Positions 29,323 to 40,398 are shown, counted from the stretch's first letter. The stretch is 64,000 bases of DNA from Patescibacteria group bacterium (GCA_049317985.1 JBMOHF010000002.1:29752-93751); one strand, 5' to 3'. The notes: generated from the letters alone by a model not told the origin. Numbers and translations are program-made.

Positions 29323-30117
29323 ATGATTTCCATTATTATTTCGACCTACCGTGAAGAACACTATCAGAAAATAGCGAAAAATATAAAAGAAACTATTGGG
29401 CAAGATTTTGAAATAATTCCGATAGAAAATAAAGGGACCTACTCAATCGCTGAGGCCTATAATCTTGGTGCGCAAAAAGCTCGTTACCCATTCCTTTGTT
29501 TTGTGCATGAAGACATTGTTTTCCAAACAAATAACTGGGGTCAAATATTGTTAAAAATAATGGATGGTAACAATAAAATTGGCCTCATTGGTGTCGCCGG
29601 GACAAAACTCATAACTAAATATTCGCTCGGTTGGCACAGCTCTATTTGTGCGAAAAAATTTCTGAGAGGTCAATTAAACCAAGGTAAAAACTCTTACGAA
29701 GAGGGTTACTATGAAAACTTTTTTCCTGACGGACCTCCAATAGATAAAGTTACTAGTCTCGATGGCATTTTTTTATTTACCAAGAAAGAAATTTGGCAGA
29801 ACAACAATTTTGATGAAAAAATTATTAAAGGATTCCATGGATATGACCTTGACTTCTCTCTTCAGGTTGTAAACCGGGGCTACGAAGCAGTGATCACAAA
29901 AGATATTTTACTACACCACTACTCTTATTTGGGAAAAATAAATAAAGACTGGTTCGAAACAAACAAAAGAATTTTAAAAAAATGGAAACAAATTCTACCA
30001 AAAACCACGGACGATCTCAGATTAAATAAATTATTACTTTGCAAAATCAATATTTTATTTTTTATTAGATATTTGAAATATCAAATAAAGTTTTTTGGTA
30101 AAAAAGAGAATAATTAG
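29323..30117 (+). CDS. GT-A fold glycosyltransferase-like protein
   Basis: IISTYREEHY N-terminus and a DxD-like HED. Weak family assignment. Confidence 0.5.
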   Translation: MISIIISTYREEHYQKIAKNIKETIGQDFEIIPIENKGTYSIAEAYNLGAQKARYPFLCFVHEDIVFQTNNWGQILLKIMDGNNKIGLIGVAGTKLITKYSLGWHSSICAKKFLRGQLNQGKNSYEEGYYENFFPDGPPIDKVTSLDGIFLFTKKEIWQNNNFDEKIIKGFHGYDLDFSLQVVNRGYEAVITKDILLHHYSYLGKINKDWFETNKRILKKWKQILPKTTDDLRLNKLLLCKINILFFIRYLKYQIKFFGKKENN

Positions 30118-30128
30118 CTTAAAGAGGT

Positions 30129-31004
30129 ATGACTATTACTGCTATTATCTTAAATTACAAGAATTACAAGGACGTTTGTGCCTGCATCGCTTCCCTGGAG
30201 AACCAAGTTATTCCAACAAATTTTAATTTGCAAATTTTAATAATTGATAATAACTCAGAAGATGGTTGCACTGAGAAATTACAAAAAAAATTTCCCAATC
30301 ATCAATTTATTTTCAACAAAAAAAATCTTGGTTTTTCTAAAGGGGTAAACCAAGGAATTGATTTTTGCTCCAAAGAAAGTGACTATTTTTTACTTGTTAA
30401 TAATGATGCCGAACTCGAAAAGAATTGTCTGGGCTCACTAATAGAATCTAGCGCAAACAAGTATTTAACCGGTCCAGTAATATTCTACAAAAATGAACCA
30501 AGGTTAGTGTGGCAGGGCGGAGGGTTCTTTTCAAAATTGAAAATGAATATCTCAGTGCCCGATAAAAATCAGACACTATTTTCAAAGTCCTTGCAGGAAG
30601 TTGATTATCTCTCAGGATGTATTTTATTGATACCAAAAAATCTTATCGAGTCAATTGGGAAATTTGATGAAAAATTTTTCTTTTACGGAGAAGATTTGGA
30701 CTATTGTTTGCGGGCAAAAAAATATGGCTTGAAAGTAATCTATAATCCGAATGCTCAATCTTGGCATAATATAAAAAGAGCGGCGGTCAGCCGCACTAGT
30801 CCTTTCGTTCTGGAAAATCTTGCCGTTAGCTACCAGTTAATAATAAAGAAACATTTTCCACGTTTGAGAATTTATGGTTTATTATTATTTGCCTTTCTTT
30901 ACACACCGTTTCGTCTTTACCAAGTAATTTCCGGAGGAAATAATTGGCTCAATATTCTTTCCTGGATTAAAGGTGGTTTAGCGGGCTGGAGAATGAAAAT
31001 ATAA
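30129..31004 (+). CDS. glycosyltransferase family 2
   Basis: ITAIILNYKN...DNNSEDG...LVNNDAE; classical GT2 motifs. Confidence 0.8.
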   Translation: MTITAIILNYKNYKDVCACIASLENQVIPTNFNLQILIIDNNSEDGCTEKLQKKFPNHQFIFNKKNLGFSKGVNQGIDFCSKESDYFLLVNNDAELEKNCLGSLIESSANKYLTGPVIFYKNEPRLVWQGGGFFSKLKMNISVPDKNQTLFSKSLQEVDYLSGCILLIPKNLIESIGKFDEKFFFYGEDLDYCLRAKKYGLKVIYNPNAQSWHNIKRAAVSRTSPFVLENLAVSYQLIIKKHFPRLRIYGLLLFAFLYTPFRLYQVISGGNNWLNILSWIKGGLAGWRMKI

Positions 31005-31011
31005 AATAAGT

Positions 31012-31821
31012 TTAAATTTTATCTTCAGATTTAAAGCGTTCAGATAATTTAGTCAGAATCTTTTTTAAAAAAGTAAAACGACTGGCATTATATATTTTGC
31101 GATTTTTTTTAATTACTCTCAAAACATCAGCTATCGCACCAAGCCGATGTTTACTCGCCTCATTGTCATTGTGCACTCGATATTTAATTAATACGTCTGG
31201 CAAATTATGCAACTGCCAGTTTTCACCTAGTCTTAACCATAAATCCAAATCTTCACCGAAACGAATTTTTTCGTCATATCCGCCCATTTTTTTTACAGAT
31301 TCCGCTCGATACATTACACTAGAATGAAAAAAAGGATTTTTGACAAAAAAATCTTTTTTTATATCTAAATCAAGTTCTGGTTTTATAATAACACCAACCT
31401 TTTCTCCAAGATCGTTGATGGTCATTGCGCTACTTCCCACAAGGGCTACTGTTGGATTATTTTCCAAAAAATCGAATTGTTTTTTCAGCTTCAAGGCATC
31501 ACACCAGATGTCATCACTATCTAAAATGGCGATGTATTTTCCGGTTGCATGAACCCAGGCCGCGTTTCTGACTTCGGAAATTGATTTACATTTATTTACT
31601 TTGAAATATTTAACCCGCTCATCGGATAAATATTTCTCTACCACTCCACTTGTTCCATCCGTCGAAGAGTCATCGATAATTATCAACTCAAAATCATTAA
31701 ATTCTTGCAATAAAACACTCTCAATTGCGTGAGTTAATAATTTTTCTCGATTATAGGTTACAATAACGACACTGACTGAAACTGACATATTTTTCATTAA
31801 TATTTTAAATTTATGAAACAA
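31012..31821 (-). CDS. glycosyltransferase family 2
   Basis: VSVVIVTYNREKLL...LIIIDDSSTDGT...DSDD. Confidence 0.8.
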   Translation of the reverse strand: MFHKFKILMKNMSVSVSVVIVTYNREKLLTHAIESVLLQEFNDFELIIIDDSSTDGTSGVVEKYLSDERVKYFKVNKCKSISEVRNAAWVHATGKYIAILDSDDIWCDALKLKKQFDFLENNPTVALVGSSAMTINDLGEKVGVIIKPELDLDIKKDFFVKNPFFHSSVMYRAESVKKMGGYDEKIRFGEDLDLWLRLGENWQLHNLPDVLIKYRVHNDNEASKHRLGAIADVLRVIKKNRKIYNASRFTFLKKILTKLSERFKSEDKI

Positions 31822-31829
31822 TTTCGACG

Positions 31830-32741
31830 CTATTTATAAATATATTGACTATATTTTTCTTGATTATCAAAAATAAACTTCGGATAAGTAGAATCAAGTT
31901 CTATGTAGGTAATTCTCTCTTTTCCCCCAAACACATCCTCTCCGCTTGTTATCCTTTCCTTTATATAACTAACATTTGTATATTCTGGCTGATCAAACTC
32001 AGAATGAGCGAATGATTTTATTTTATTAATTATTCCCTCCGGACTCAGCAAATATGAAAAATGCCAACCTCCGTTAATTATAACTGTGTCGGCCATGCTA
32101 ATTCTTACCTGTTGAGGACTAGCATTGTATTGACCGACTAAATTTTTAAACAAGATCGCTCTTGTGCCAAACCAATGGTCATGCTCAAAACCATTTAAAT
32201 AATAATAATAAATATTTTGTTGAAACATAACAAGACATTTACTTTTCACTGGGAAATGGTTTATTACCCTTGTAACTAGCTTTGCCAAACCATTACCACT
32301 TCTCAAACTATTAAGATAATTCCTAATGCTGATGTAAAAATTGTAAAAATAATCACTTTTACTGTTAGCAATTAAACTAGATTTTATATTTTCAATATGT
32401 TCCAAATTTGGTATTTCGTCTAAATCTGAAATCAATATAATATCATCTTTCCCGCAATCTAAAAGACCTCTCATTACGGCATTTCTCTGGAAATTCTCCA
32501 ATATCCATCGATCACTGCCATCGATTACTGGCATATCACGAACAACAATATGTATTATTTTTTTTGAAAACTTAGAGAATCTTTCTTTATTCATCTCAAA
32601 AAATAGCTCCTTATCTTTGCCGCTATGCGTGCTAGTCGCCTCGACAATAACAAAATAGTCAACATCTTTATCGAGAATGTTTAATCTCATCTCGAGCAAA
32701 TCCAACTCATTAAAAAATGTGAAGCAATCATAAATTTTCAT
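31830..32741 (-). CDS. GT17-like glycosyltransferase (beta-1,4-N-acetylglucosaminyltransferase fold)
   Basis: MKIYDCFTFFNELDLLEMRLNIL matches the conserved GT17 N-terminus. Start moved to this Met (32741), leaving a 4-nt gap to the upstream methyltransferase. Confidence 0.65.
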   Translation of the reverse strand: MKIYDCFTFFNELDLLEMRLNILDKDVDYFVIVEATSTHSGKDKELFFEMNKERFSKFSKKIIHIVVRDMPVIDGSDRWILENFQRNAVMRGLLDCGKDDIILISDLDEIPNLEHIENIKSSLIANSKSDYFYNFYISIRNYLNSLRSGNGLAKLVTRVINHFPVKSKCLVMFQQNIYYYYLNGFEHDHWFGTRAILFKNLVGQYNASPQQVRISMADTVIINGGWHFSYLLSPEGIINKIKSFAHSEFDQPEYTNVSYIKERITSGEDVFGGKERITYIELDSTYPKFIFDNQEKYSQYIYK

Positions 32742-32745
32742 ATTT

Positions 32746-33390
32746 TTATTTCGGTTTAACAACACATGCGAATTGAATATATCTGGTGTCAGAGAAAAAA
32801 CCAAATGTTAAAATATTTATTGGAAAAAATTGCCACCATTTAGTTCCGTTGATTCCCTCAATTTTCTCCACCTGATAATCGAGATCTTCGAACATATCAA
32901 CCATGCTTTTTTTTGTAAAAAATCTTAAATGAGTTTTATCTAAAATACCAGACTCTTCATACTTCCACTGTTTTTTAAACAACAGATCTCTTAATACCCT
33001 AACATGTCTCACGTTAGGGATAGAACAGACAACGACACCAGAGGGACTCAGTTTTGTTTTTATTTTTTCTAAAACACGGTAGGGATTTTCCATGTGTTCC
33101 AAGACATCGTTAAAGACAATGCAATCAAAATAATTATTTGGGATACTGTCTAATAGCTCGAAAACGTCACCCACCAATACCTTGTTGATATTGTTTTTGG
33201 CAATCTCAGCAACCTCTTTGTTTATTTCCACACCCCAAGATTCGAAATCACTTTTTTTATTCAGCGATGCAACAAATAAACCCTCCCCACAACCAACATC
33301 AAGAATATTCTTTGCCTTAGTCGGAACAAACTTTAACATTTCTGGCCGGGCATATGAATAATATTTTTTTGTTTTTTTAAAATCTTCCAT
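32746..33390 (-). CDS. class I SAM-dependent methyltransferase
   Basis: ILDVGCGEGLF motif I and an acidic motif II (DCIVFNDVLEH). Confidence 0.8.
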   Translation of the reverse strand: MEDFKKTKKYYSYARPEMLKFVPTKAKNILDVGCGEGLFVASLNKKSDFESWGVEINKEVAEIAKNNINKVLVGDVFELLDSIPNNYFDCIVFNDVLEHMENPYRVLEKIKTKLSPSGVVVCSIPNVRHVRVLRDLLFKKQWKYEESGILDKTHLRFFTKKSMVDMFEDLDYQVEKIEGINGTKWWQFFPINILTFGFFSDTRYIQFACVVKPK

Positions 33391-33396
33391 AATTAT

Positions 33397-34650
33397 TTAA
33401 ATAATAGATTTACGAAATAACTTATTAAAAATTTTTTTGCATAGAATTTTTGTGGGATACTGATAGGCTGTCAATCTTCTAAAAAATAGTGAATTTGTTT
33501 TTAGCAACAAAACTGTTAATAAATTAGTTTTATCAAAAGTATCTTTAGCGATAGTGTTAATTTTATCAGAAACGACGATTTTACTAAAATTTCTGTCAAT
33601 ATCAGATAAGCTGCTGATAGCCTGATTAGCCACTTCAAGGTAATTATATTTTTCATAAATATAATCGCGGCCAGATTTTTTCATCTTATTTTTGCTGTCG
33701 CTCGTCAAGTAATGCTCCACCGCAGTTACAATACCCTTTGAACTATTTACTACATATCCCCCTCTTAAATTTCCAACAACTTCGCACTGGCTATTATCTC
33801 CCCAGGGAGTACTTAGTGTTATTACTGGAGTTCCGCATAAAATAGATTCCGCGAGAACATAACCAAAGCTTTCACCAATTTCTGCGGTATGAATCATTAA
33901 ATCAAAAGAAGAGTATGCGATGGAAAGGCCATTATCACCATACAAGATTGGGATATGGATAACTCTTTCTTTAAAAGGAGATTTTGTAATCTCTTCTAAA
34001 ATATTATCCGGGGGATTAACTACGACTAGAAATAACTTTTTATGGTCCTTCGCTAATTTATTAAATGAATCAATCAACATTATTGACCACTTTCCAGGAC
34101 AAGACTGACCGATTCTGCCAATAACGAAGGCCTCTCCCGGAATTCCATAAGCGTCTTTAAAAGTCTTTATTTCCGCATGACTTCTTGGATAAAAATTTTC
34201 ACAGATGACTGGATTTGGAACGATCGCAGCCTTGGACCTTCTACCTCCTCTCAAATTATATAGCCATAGCGCCCACCAACTAAATTGAAAACTAACATCA
34301 ACTCTAGAAGCCCAAGGTGATGGCGTCGAAAAAACATTTTGCTCTACTACTTTAACGTCATTTTTTTTAAAAACATCAAATACTTTGTTAACATCCGTCT
34401 CCTTAAGCCCATGGGAATGCAGGTGGATAATATCTGGCCTCCACACTTTTATTTCCTCAATATTCTTATCAGTAATTCCATCCCATATTTGAATATTTCC
34501 TCTCATCTCGGCGCTCCTTGAGCCAAGCCCGTACAGGGAAAGCACGCGCGAGTCATAACCATTCTTTTGATAAGCCGTAGCAAAAACTTGAGCAGCTCTT
34601 TGAGTGCCACCCTTATCTAAATCATAAATTATGGTTAATATTTTTTTCAT
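33397..34650 (-). CDS. glycosyltransferase family 4 (GT-B fold)
   Basis: N-terminal KGGTQRAAQ and C-terminal E..G...LEA-like GT4 motifs (ESFGYVLAESILCGTPVI). Confidence 0.8.
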   Translation of the reverse strand: MKKILTIIYDLDKGGTQRAAQVFATAYQKNGYDSRVLSLYGLGSRSAEMRGNIQIWDGITDKNIEEIKVWRPDIIHLHSHGLKETDVNKVFDVFKKNDVKVVEQNVFSTPSPWASRVDVSFQFSWWALWLYNLRGGRRSKAAIVPNPVICENFYPRSHAEIKTFKDAYGIPGEAFVIGRIGQSCPGKWSIMLIDSFNKLAKDHKKLFLVVVNPPDNILEEITKSPFKERVIHIPILYGDNGLSIAYSSFDLMIHTAEIGESFGYVLAESILCGTPVITLSTPWGDNSQCEVVGNLRGGYVVNSSKGIVTAVEHYLTSDSKNKMKKSGRDYIYEKYNYLEVANQAISSLSDIDRNFSKIVVSDKINTIAKDTFDKTNLLTVLLLKTNSLFFRRLTAYQYPTKILCKKIFNKLFRKSII

Positions 34651-34652
34651 TT

Positions 34653-35501
34653 TTATAACTTTTTTATTACAACAAAGAAAAAGGAGCCAAAATATTGAAA
34701 TCTGAAAAACTTTTTCATCCCAAGAAATCTTACAAATCCGTAAAACATGGCTCTTAAAGAATAGCGGTTTTTGTTCGACGATATTTCTTGGTAATTATAA
34801 GCATCCCACAAAGAATTTGCTTCCAACACTTGATATTTGTTTTTGTTACAGCTTAAGAATTTCACAAATGATGAGAGATTAGGCTCACAAAGAGTATCAT
34901 AATCGGATATATGGACGTCTAACGGTAATTCAATTGGAGTAACTAAGTCCCAACGAAAATTATTTTTAAAGTATTTTTTTGGCTTCAACTCTTTAATAAA
35001 TCTTGTAATCATTAAGCCTAAACGATTATTCTTATTACAAGGAGACTTTAATAAAGGGGAACCAAAATTTGGGCAGGCAATACAAATTAACCCGTTACTC
35101 TTTGTAACCCTATCCATCTCATTGAAGATCCCCAACGGATTCGAGAGATGTTCAAAGACAAAACTAGACACAGTTGTATCGAAAAATTTATCCGCAAAAG
35201 GAAAAGTATTACCGTTGTATTCAATAAACTCTCCGTTCTTGATATTTCTTTTTTGTGCCATCTCTAATCCAGTTTTTGATACGTCAATTCCCACAAAAGA
35301 ATCACATTCGTCTAATTTGTCAGAAATCTGTGCTAAAAGCCACCCCTCACCACAACCAACATCAAGAATTGATTTGGTGTTATTTTTTTTGAAATATTTA
35401 ACGAACCTTAAAAGGATTGGATCGTTTTTTGAAAGTTCGACTGGGTGGGTATCTTTTATCACGGCATAATACTCGTCTTTTTCCCAAATATTTTTATTCA
35501 T
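34653..35501 (-). CDS. class I SAM-dependent methyltransferase
   Basis: ILDVGCGEGWLLAQ motif I. Confidence 0.75.
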   Translation of the reverse strand: MNKNIWEKDEYYAVIKDTHPVELSKNDPILLRFVKYFKKNNTKSILDVGCGEGWLLAQISDKLDECDSFVGIDVSKTGLEMAQKRNIKNGEFIEYNGNTFPFADKFFDTTVSSFVFEHLSNPLGIFNEMDRVTKSNGLICIACPNFGSPLLKSPCNKNNRLGLMITRFIKELKPKKYFKNNFRWDLVTPIELPLDVHISDYDTLCEPNLSSFVKFLSCNKNKYQVLEANSLWDAYNYQEISSNKNRYSLRAMFYGFVRFLGMKKFFRFQYFGSFFFVVIKKL

Positions 35502-35542
35502 ACAAATAATTTTCTATATTTATTTAAATAATTAATTACTAT

Positions 35543-36832
35543 TTAAATTTTTCTTCTAATTAAAAAGGTTGCCCCTGGAATAACGAAGCAAGAGATTAAA
35601 GTTGCAATAACTGCCCCGAGAAGGCCAAAACTTGGAATAAATATAAAATTTAAACCAACATTAACAACCATTGCAGAAAAATTTAACCAAAAAATTGTTT
35701 TTACTAAATTTTCAGACATCAAGTACTGGTTTGCTGCCATTCCCAAAAAAACACCGATACTAGACCAGATATAAATTCTCAAAATATTGATTGATTCGAA
35801 AAAACTTGATCCAAACAAAGTGAGAACTATTGGTTTTGCTAGAAATGATATTGGTATTGCAAGCGCGACCGGAATGATAGTCATTAAAATATAAAATTTT
35901 CTCAAACGATTTTTATATAGTATTGCGCTAGTTTTCTTTGCATTAATAATAGCAGGAAGAAGCGACCCACAAATAATTCCTGGAATAAAATACCAAACTT
36001 CTACAAGTCGAACGGCCACCGCATACAAACCAACGGCGCGATTTCCCATAAATGCACCGACCATTATTTGATCAATTCTCAAATAAATAAACCCCGCCAC
36101 AGAAGCGAGCATTAAAGGCCAAGAATTTTTTAAGATTTCTTTTGCTAAGCTACGGTCAAAGTGCCAATTACTTATTTTTAATTTAGCACTTTTATAGGCC
36201 ACAAGAAATCCGATCCCCAACCAAATAGAATCGAGAACCGAAATTATTGCAATCCAAATTATACCTTTATGAAAAAATATTACTGAAATCTTAAGGATGG
36301 AGGAAACGATTGTGGCGACCAAAAGAGATTTGGTGTTATTTTTAGACTTTACTTCGGCTTGAAAATAAATACTAACAACGTTAATTGTTTGAATTATAAA
36401 AGAAAATGACAACAAAATTACTAGCAATCGCACCATAAAGCTAGTCGAAAAGATAATGACTGTTAAGGTGGAAAGGATGAAAGCAAATATTCCTCCAATA
36501 ATTTTTAGGCCGAATGCGGTCCCTAATAATTTATCTCTTCTTTCTGGAAATTTCACTAAATCCCTAGCTAAAATACCATCGACACCTAATGTGGCTATAA
36601 AAGAGAAAACCCCCACAAATGCTACGGCATAGCTCAGAACTCCGTAATTCTCTGGCCCCAAATACCTTGCTAGCCAAGCAACGATAAAAAATGAAACTAA
36701 CAACGAAAACATCTGTCCAAAAAACATCCAACCAGTGTTTGCAAAATAACGCTTAAAACCATCGTGGCTTAAAATCCAGCGATATTTCTGCGGCGTGATC
36801 TTTTCAATTGTCTGAAATAATTTATCTAACAT
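35543..36832 (-). CDS. polysaccharide flippase (Wzx/MOP superfamily)
   Basis: 429 aa with about 12 TM helices; polysaccharide-biosynthesis-protein layout at the end of a glycosyltransferase cluster. Confidence 0.7.
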   Translation of the reverse strand: MLDKLFQTIEKITPQKYRWILSHDGFKRYFANTGWMFFGQMFSLLVSFFIVAWLARYLGPENYGVLSYAVAFVGVFSFIATLGVDGILARDLVKFPERRDKLLGTAFGLKIIGGIFAFILSTLTVIIFSTSFMVRLLVILLSFSFIIQTINVVSIYFQAEVKSKNNTKSLLVATIVSSILKISVIFFHKGIIWIAIISVLDSIWLGIGFLVAYKSAKLKISNWHFDRSLAKEILKNSWPLMLASVAGFIYLRIDQIMVGAFMGNRAVGLYAVAVRLVEVWYFIPGIICGSLLPAIINAKKTSAILYKNRLRKFYILMTIIPVALAIPISFLAKPIVLTLFGSSFFESINILRIYIWSSIGVFLGMAANQYLMSENLVKTIFWLNFSAMVVNVGLNFIFIPSFGLLGAVIATLISCFVIPGATFLIRRKI

Positions 36833-36849
36833 TTTTATCTAATTTCTTC

Positions 36850-39135
36850 TTATATCTTCTCAAAAAAAGTTCGAGCTAACACCTCTTTTTGTTGTTCCGA
36901 AGATAACTTCACAAAATTAACGGCATAACCAGAAACTCGGATTGTGAGATTGGGATATTTCTCCGGATGAATCATTGCATCTTTCAGAGTCTCTTTATTC
37001 AAAACATTCACATTCAAATGATGTGCCCCCTTGGCAAAATAACCGTCCAATAAAGCAATAAGATTGGCTGTTCGCTCTTTCTCATTCCCTCCTAAAGTCT
37101 TGGGGGTAATCGAAAACGTATTAGAAACTCCATCGCGCGCCTGGCGATAATCTATTTTGGCGACCGAATTTAAGGAAGCAATTGCTCCATTCATTTCCCG
37201 CCCATGCATCGGATTGGCCCCAGGGGCAAACGCCTGTCCTGCCTTGCGGCCATCGGGAGTGGCACCGGTCTTTTTGCCATATACAACATTAGAAGTGATG
37301 GTAAGAACGGACAGGGTCGGAGTTGCACCTCGATAAATCAAATGTTTCCCGAGTTCACGATTAAATTCGCTAACCAGTTTTACTGCAATATCATCCACGA
37401 GTGTCTCATTATTCCCATACTTCGGGAAGTCACCGTTGATTTCAAAGTCTAACGTGATTCCCCGCTCATCACGAATCGGCACGACCTTGGCATATTTTAT
37501 CGCCGACAAAGAATCTGCCACGACCGATAACCCAGCCATTCCAAAAGCCATAATTCTCTTCACGTCCGTATCAATAAATGCCATCTGTGCCCTCTCATAA
37601 TAATATTTGTCGTGCATGGAGTGAATCACCCCCATCGTCTTCACGTATTCTTGTGCCAAAAAGCTAATTACTTTTTGGTAATTCTTCATTACTGCTTTAA
37701 AATCTAAAGTCTTCCCTGACAAAGGGATAACACCAGAGACAATACTTGAACCACAAATTTCATCGCGCCCCTCATTCAAAGACAGAAGCAAGGCTTTCGC
37801 TAAATTACAACGTGCCCCAAAATATTGCATTTCTCTCCCAATTCCTAATTTAGAAACACAACAACTAATGCCATAATCATCATCTTCACAAACCTCTCTC
37901 ATCAAATCATCGTTTTCATATTGCAAAGAAGAAGTTTCAATCGAAACTTTAGTGCAGAACTTCTTGAAATTTTCCGGTAAATCTTTGGACCAGAGAATCG
38001 TGAGATTTGGTTCGGGAGAATCTCCAAGATTATATAAAGTTTGCAGAAAGCGGTAGGAGGTTTTGGTTACTTTCGATTTTCCATCTGCCCACATTCCACC
38101 CAGAGATTCAGTGAGCCAAGTCGGATCGCCGGCAAACAGCTGATTATACTCCACGGTCCGCAAATGACGTACCAATCGTAATTTCATCACAAAATGATCC
38201 ACCAATTCCTGCGCTCCTTCTTCAGTGATGAGACCAGCTTTCAAATCTCTTTCAAGATAACAATCAAAAAAATTACTAACATTTCCCAGACTCATCGCCG
38301 CGCCATCTTGTTCTTTGAGTCCTGCTAAGAAAGCAAAATAGGTCCACTGTATGGCCTCTTTGGCGTTCTTGGCCGGCTTGGAGATATCGAAACCATGGGC
38401 TTCCGCCATTAACTTAATATCTTCCAGAGCTTTGATTTGGCTAGCCACTTCTTCTCGCAAACGAATAATTTCTTCACTTAATTCAGTGGCGTCAAGTTTC
38501 ACTTTATCATCGTTCTTATTGGCAATTAAATAGTCCAAACCAAACAAAGCCGCTCGACGATAATCGCCGATCAAACGTCCGCGCCCATAAGAATCTGGTA
38601 GACCAGTGAGTAGCCCCGTCCGTCTTAAAGTTCTCATCTCCTCGGTATAAACAGAAAAGACGGCATCACTGTGCGTTTGGCGGTAGTTATTAAAAATCTC
38701 TAATACTTTTTTCGATAATTTTACTTTATTTTCCTGACAAGCTTTTTCCACAACCCGAATACCACCATAGGGCTTGATAGCGCGTTTCAATGGTTCGTCG
38801 GTCTGCAAACCGACAATTAATTCTAGTTTTTTATCAATAAACCCTGGCCGATGGCTGGTGATGCTGGGAATCGTTTCCGCATCAATCTTCAACACGCCGC
38901 CATTTTTTCTTTCCTTAGCAATAATCTTCTGGCACTTTTCCCAGAGTTTTTTAGTTCGCAGGGTTGGGCCAACTAAAAAAGATGCTGAACCGGAATATGG
39001 TTTAGCATTTTGATAAACAAAAGAACGAACATCCAGCTTGTTGAGGATGATATCGTTTTTTTCAAAAGATGAAATATTATTGGGAGTTTTTTTTGGCACT
39101 TTTTTAATGGTTAGGGTTAATCCAAATCTATGCAA
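36850..39135 (-). CDS. pflB: formate C-acetyltransferase (pyruvate formate-lyase, glycyl-radical enzyme)
   Basis: Glycine-radical motif RVSGYAVNF near the C-terminus, catalytic CC pair (ISCCVS), 761 aa. The N-terminus parallels E. coli PflB ([21 protein letters not shown]). The annotated start codon is TTG. Confidence 0.95.
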   Translation of the reverse strand: MHRFGLTLTIKKVPKKTPNNISSFEKNDIILNKLDVRSFVYQNAKPYSGSASFLVGPTLRTKKLWEKCQKIIAKERKNGGVLKIDAETIPSITSHRPGFIDKKLELIVGLQTDEPLKRAIKPYGGIRVVEKACQENKVKLSKKVLEIFNNYRQTHSDAVFSVYTEEMRTLRRTGLLTGLPDSYGRGRLIGDYRRAALFGLDYLIANKNDDKVKLDATELSEEIIRLREEVASQIKALEDIKLMAEAHGFDISKPAKNAKEAIQWTYFAFLAGLKEQDGAAMSLGNVSNFFDCYLERDLKAGLITEEGAQELVDHFVMKLRLVRHLRTVEYNQLFAGDPTWLTESLGGMWADGKSKVTKTSYRFLQTLYNLGDSPEPNLTILWSKDLPENFKKFCTKVSIETSSLQYENDDLMREVCEDDDYGISCCVSKLGIGREMQYFGARCNLAKALLLSLNEGRDEICGSSIVSGVIPLSGKTLDFKAVMKNYQKVISFLAQEYVKTMGVIHSMHDKYYYERAQMAFIDTDVKRIMAFGMAGLSVVADSLSAIKYAKVVPIRDERGITLDFEINGDFPKYGNNETLVDDIAVKLVSEFNRELGKHLIYRGATPTLSVLTITSNVVYGKKTGATPDGRKAGQAFAPGANPMHGREMNGAIASLNSVAKIDYRQARDGVSNTFSITPKTLGGNEKERTANLIALLDGYFAKGAHHLNVNVLNKETLKDAMIHPEKYPNLTIRVSGYAVNFVKLSSEQQKEVLARTFFEKI

Positions 39136-39210
39136 ATAAATGTGATTATTTCTTTAATATAAACAAATCAGCATTTTCAAATCTATGCAAAAAGAATTGA
39201 TATAAATTGC

Positions 39211-39819
39211 TTAATATTTAAGTCCTGACATCGAAAATTTTATTAAATCATCAAAATTCCCTTTATCTGCTTTATGAATAGCATCTATATACCGTGTCTC
39301 TTCGTTATTATTAGAGTTTACACTTAATCCGCCCCAAGAGAAAGCGGGTTTCTCAAAAATTTTTTCCATCATTGTGTCTGCCATTAGGCGAGAAAGACGT
39401 CCGTTGCCATTGGGGAATGGATGAATGAAAACTAAACGATGTTTAAATCTTATCGCTATTTCTGTTCCACTGAATGTTTTATTTTCCAACCAATACAAAC
39501 AATCATCAAATAATTTTTTTAATTCAACTGGAACGACACGCCAATCAATTCCAAGATTTGTATTTGATTTACGAAAAGTTCCCGCCCACAACCAAACAGA
39601 ACCAAACATTTTATAATGCAGATTTTTGAGAAATTTCTCACTCAAAAAAAGTTCTATGGAAATATTGCGCTTCATTAGCCAACTAATTGCCGTTTCAATA
39701 TTTTGCTGTTCAAATTCATTCAATTCTTGACGAGTTGCGATACTTTTTATTTTTAGACCTTCTTTTTCCTCCTCATTAAGAGTAGTGTGGTTTTCTTGGT
39801 TTGCTAAAATTAATCCCAT
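39211..39819 (-). CDS. Fic/Doc family protein ('mobile mystery protein B' type)
   Basis: Canonical Fic motif HPFPNGNGRLSR; 202 aa; overlaps the upstream HTH gene by 10 nt. Confidence 0.85.
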   Translation of the reverse strand: MGLILANQENHTTLNEEEKEGLKIKSIATRQELNEFEQQNIETAISWLMKRNISIELFLSEKFLKNLHYKMFGSVWLWAGTFRKSNTNLGIDWRVVPVELKKLFDDCLYWLENKTFSGTEIAIRFKHRLVFIHPFPNGNGRLSRLMADTMMEKIFEKPAFSWGGLSVNSNNNEETRYIDAIHKADKGNFDDLIKFSMSGLKY

Positions 39820-40271
39820 AAATATTTTGAATTCTTTTCTGCGATTTCCGCCGCCCGATCTTTAATTGCTTTTCTGAGTCTTGATTTTGAATTCGCTTGT
39901 TTTTCCAAGTTCATTGTCACATTAGTTCTTGATACAATATCTCTGGCGATTAAAAGAGCCCGCTCATTAATTATCTTTTCCAAACTTTTGCCTGGAGCAG
40001 AAAATCCATAAGTTAGTTTCAAGCCAAAAGCCCTGGCAACTTCATTTAAACTATTTAAAGAAATCCCTCCCTCTCTTTCTCTCTGCTCAATTTCACTCAC
40101 GCTTGACGTTGTAATCCCCATTATTTTTCCCAACTGCTCCATAGACATATCCAAGGCCATTCGGGTAGCATAAACCCACCCGTTAGAAGGAGTAAAAGAT
40201 TCAAGCTTATTAAAAGCCTTTATTTTTTTATCCAACTGCTCCAATTGAAGCTTTCTTTTTAGATTTTTCAT
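39810..40271 (-). CDS. XRE-family HTH protein ('mobile mystery protein A' type), putative antitoxin/regulator of the Fic gene
   Basis: HTH segment MEQLGKIMGITTSSVSEIEQ; 153 aa; translationally coupled to the Fic gene. Confidence 0.75.
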   Translation of the reverse strand: MKNLKRKLQLEQLDKKIKAFNKLESFTPSNGWVYATRMALDMSMEQLGKIMGITTSSVSEIEQREREGGISLNSLNEVARAFGLKLTYGFSAPGKSLEKIINERALLIARDIVSRTNVTMNLEKQANSKSRLRKAIKDRAAEIAEKNSKYLWD

Positions 40272-40320
40272 AAGGTTATACCCTTAAAAAATTAACATAA
40301 ATTTAAGGTTATACCCTTAA
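40272..40320 (-). promoter_or_regulatory. tandem palindromic operator-like repeats upstream of the HTH-Fic operon
   Basis: Two copies of AAGGTTATACCCTTAAA, each an inverted repeat (TTAAGG-N6-CCTTAA), 15 nt apart and abutting the HTH start codon. Confidence 0.45.
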
Positions 40321-40361
40321 ATTTTTAGACTACATTATCTAATAATTTGCTTAATATCAGT

Positions 40362-40398
40362 AAATTACATTATAAATTAAATTAATAAAATTGTCAAT
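40362..40398 (-). promoter_or_regulatory. sigma70-like promoter for the HTH-Fic operon
   Basis: Minus-strand TTGACA (plus 40392..40397), 17-nt spacer, TATAAT (plus 40369..40374). Confidence 0.4.

Noticed and set aside
39123-39191. Direct repeat CAAATCTATGCAAA at 39123..39136 and 39178..39191, spanning the pflB start region, as a possible FNR/Rex-type operator.
   Set aside because: It does not match the FNR (TTGAT-N4-ATCAA) or Rex (TTGTGAA-N4-TTCACAA) consensus. With only two AT-rich 14-mers the chance level is not negligible, so it is left unannotated.
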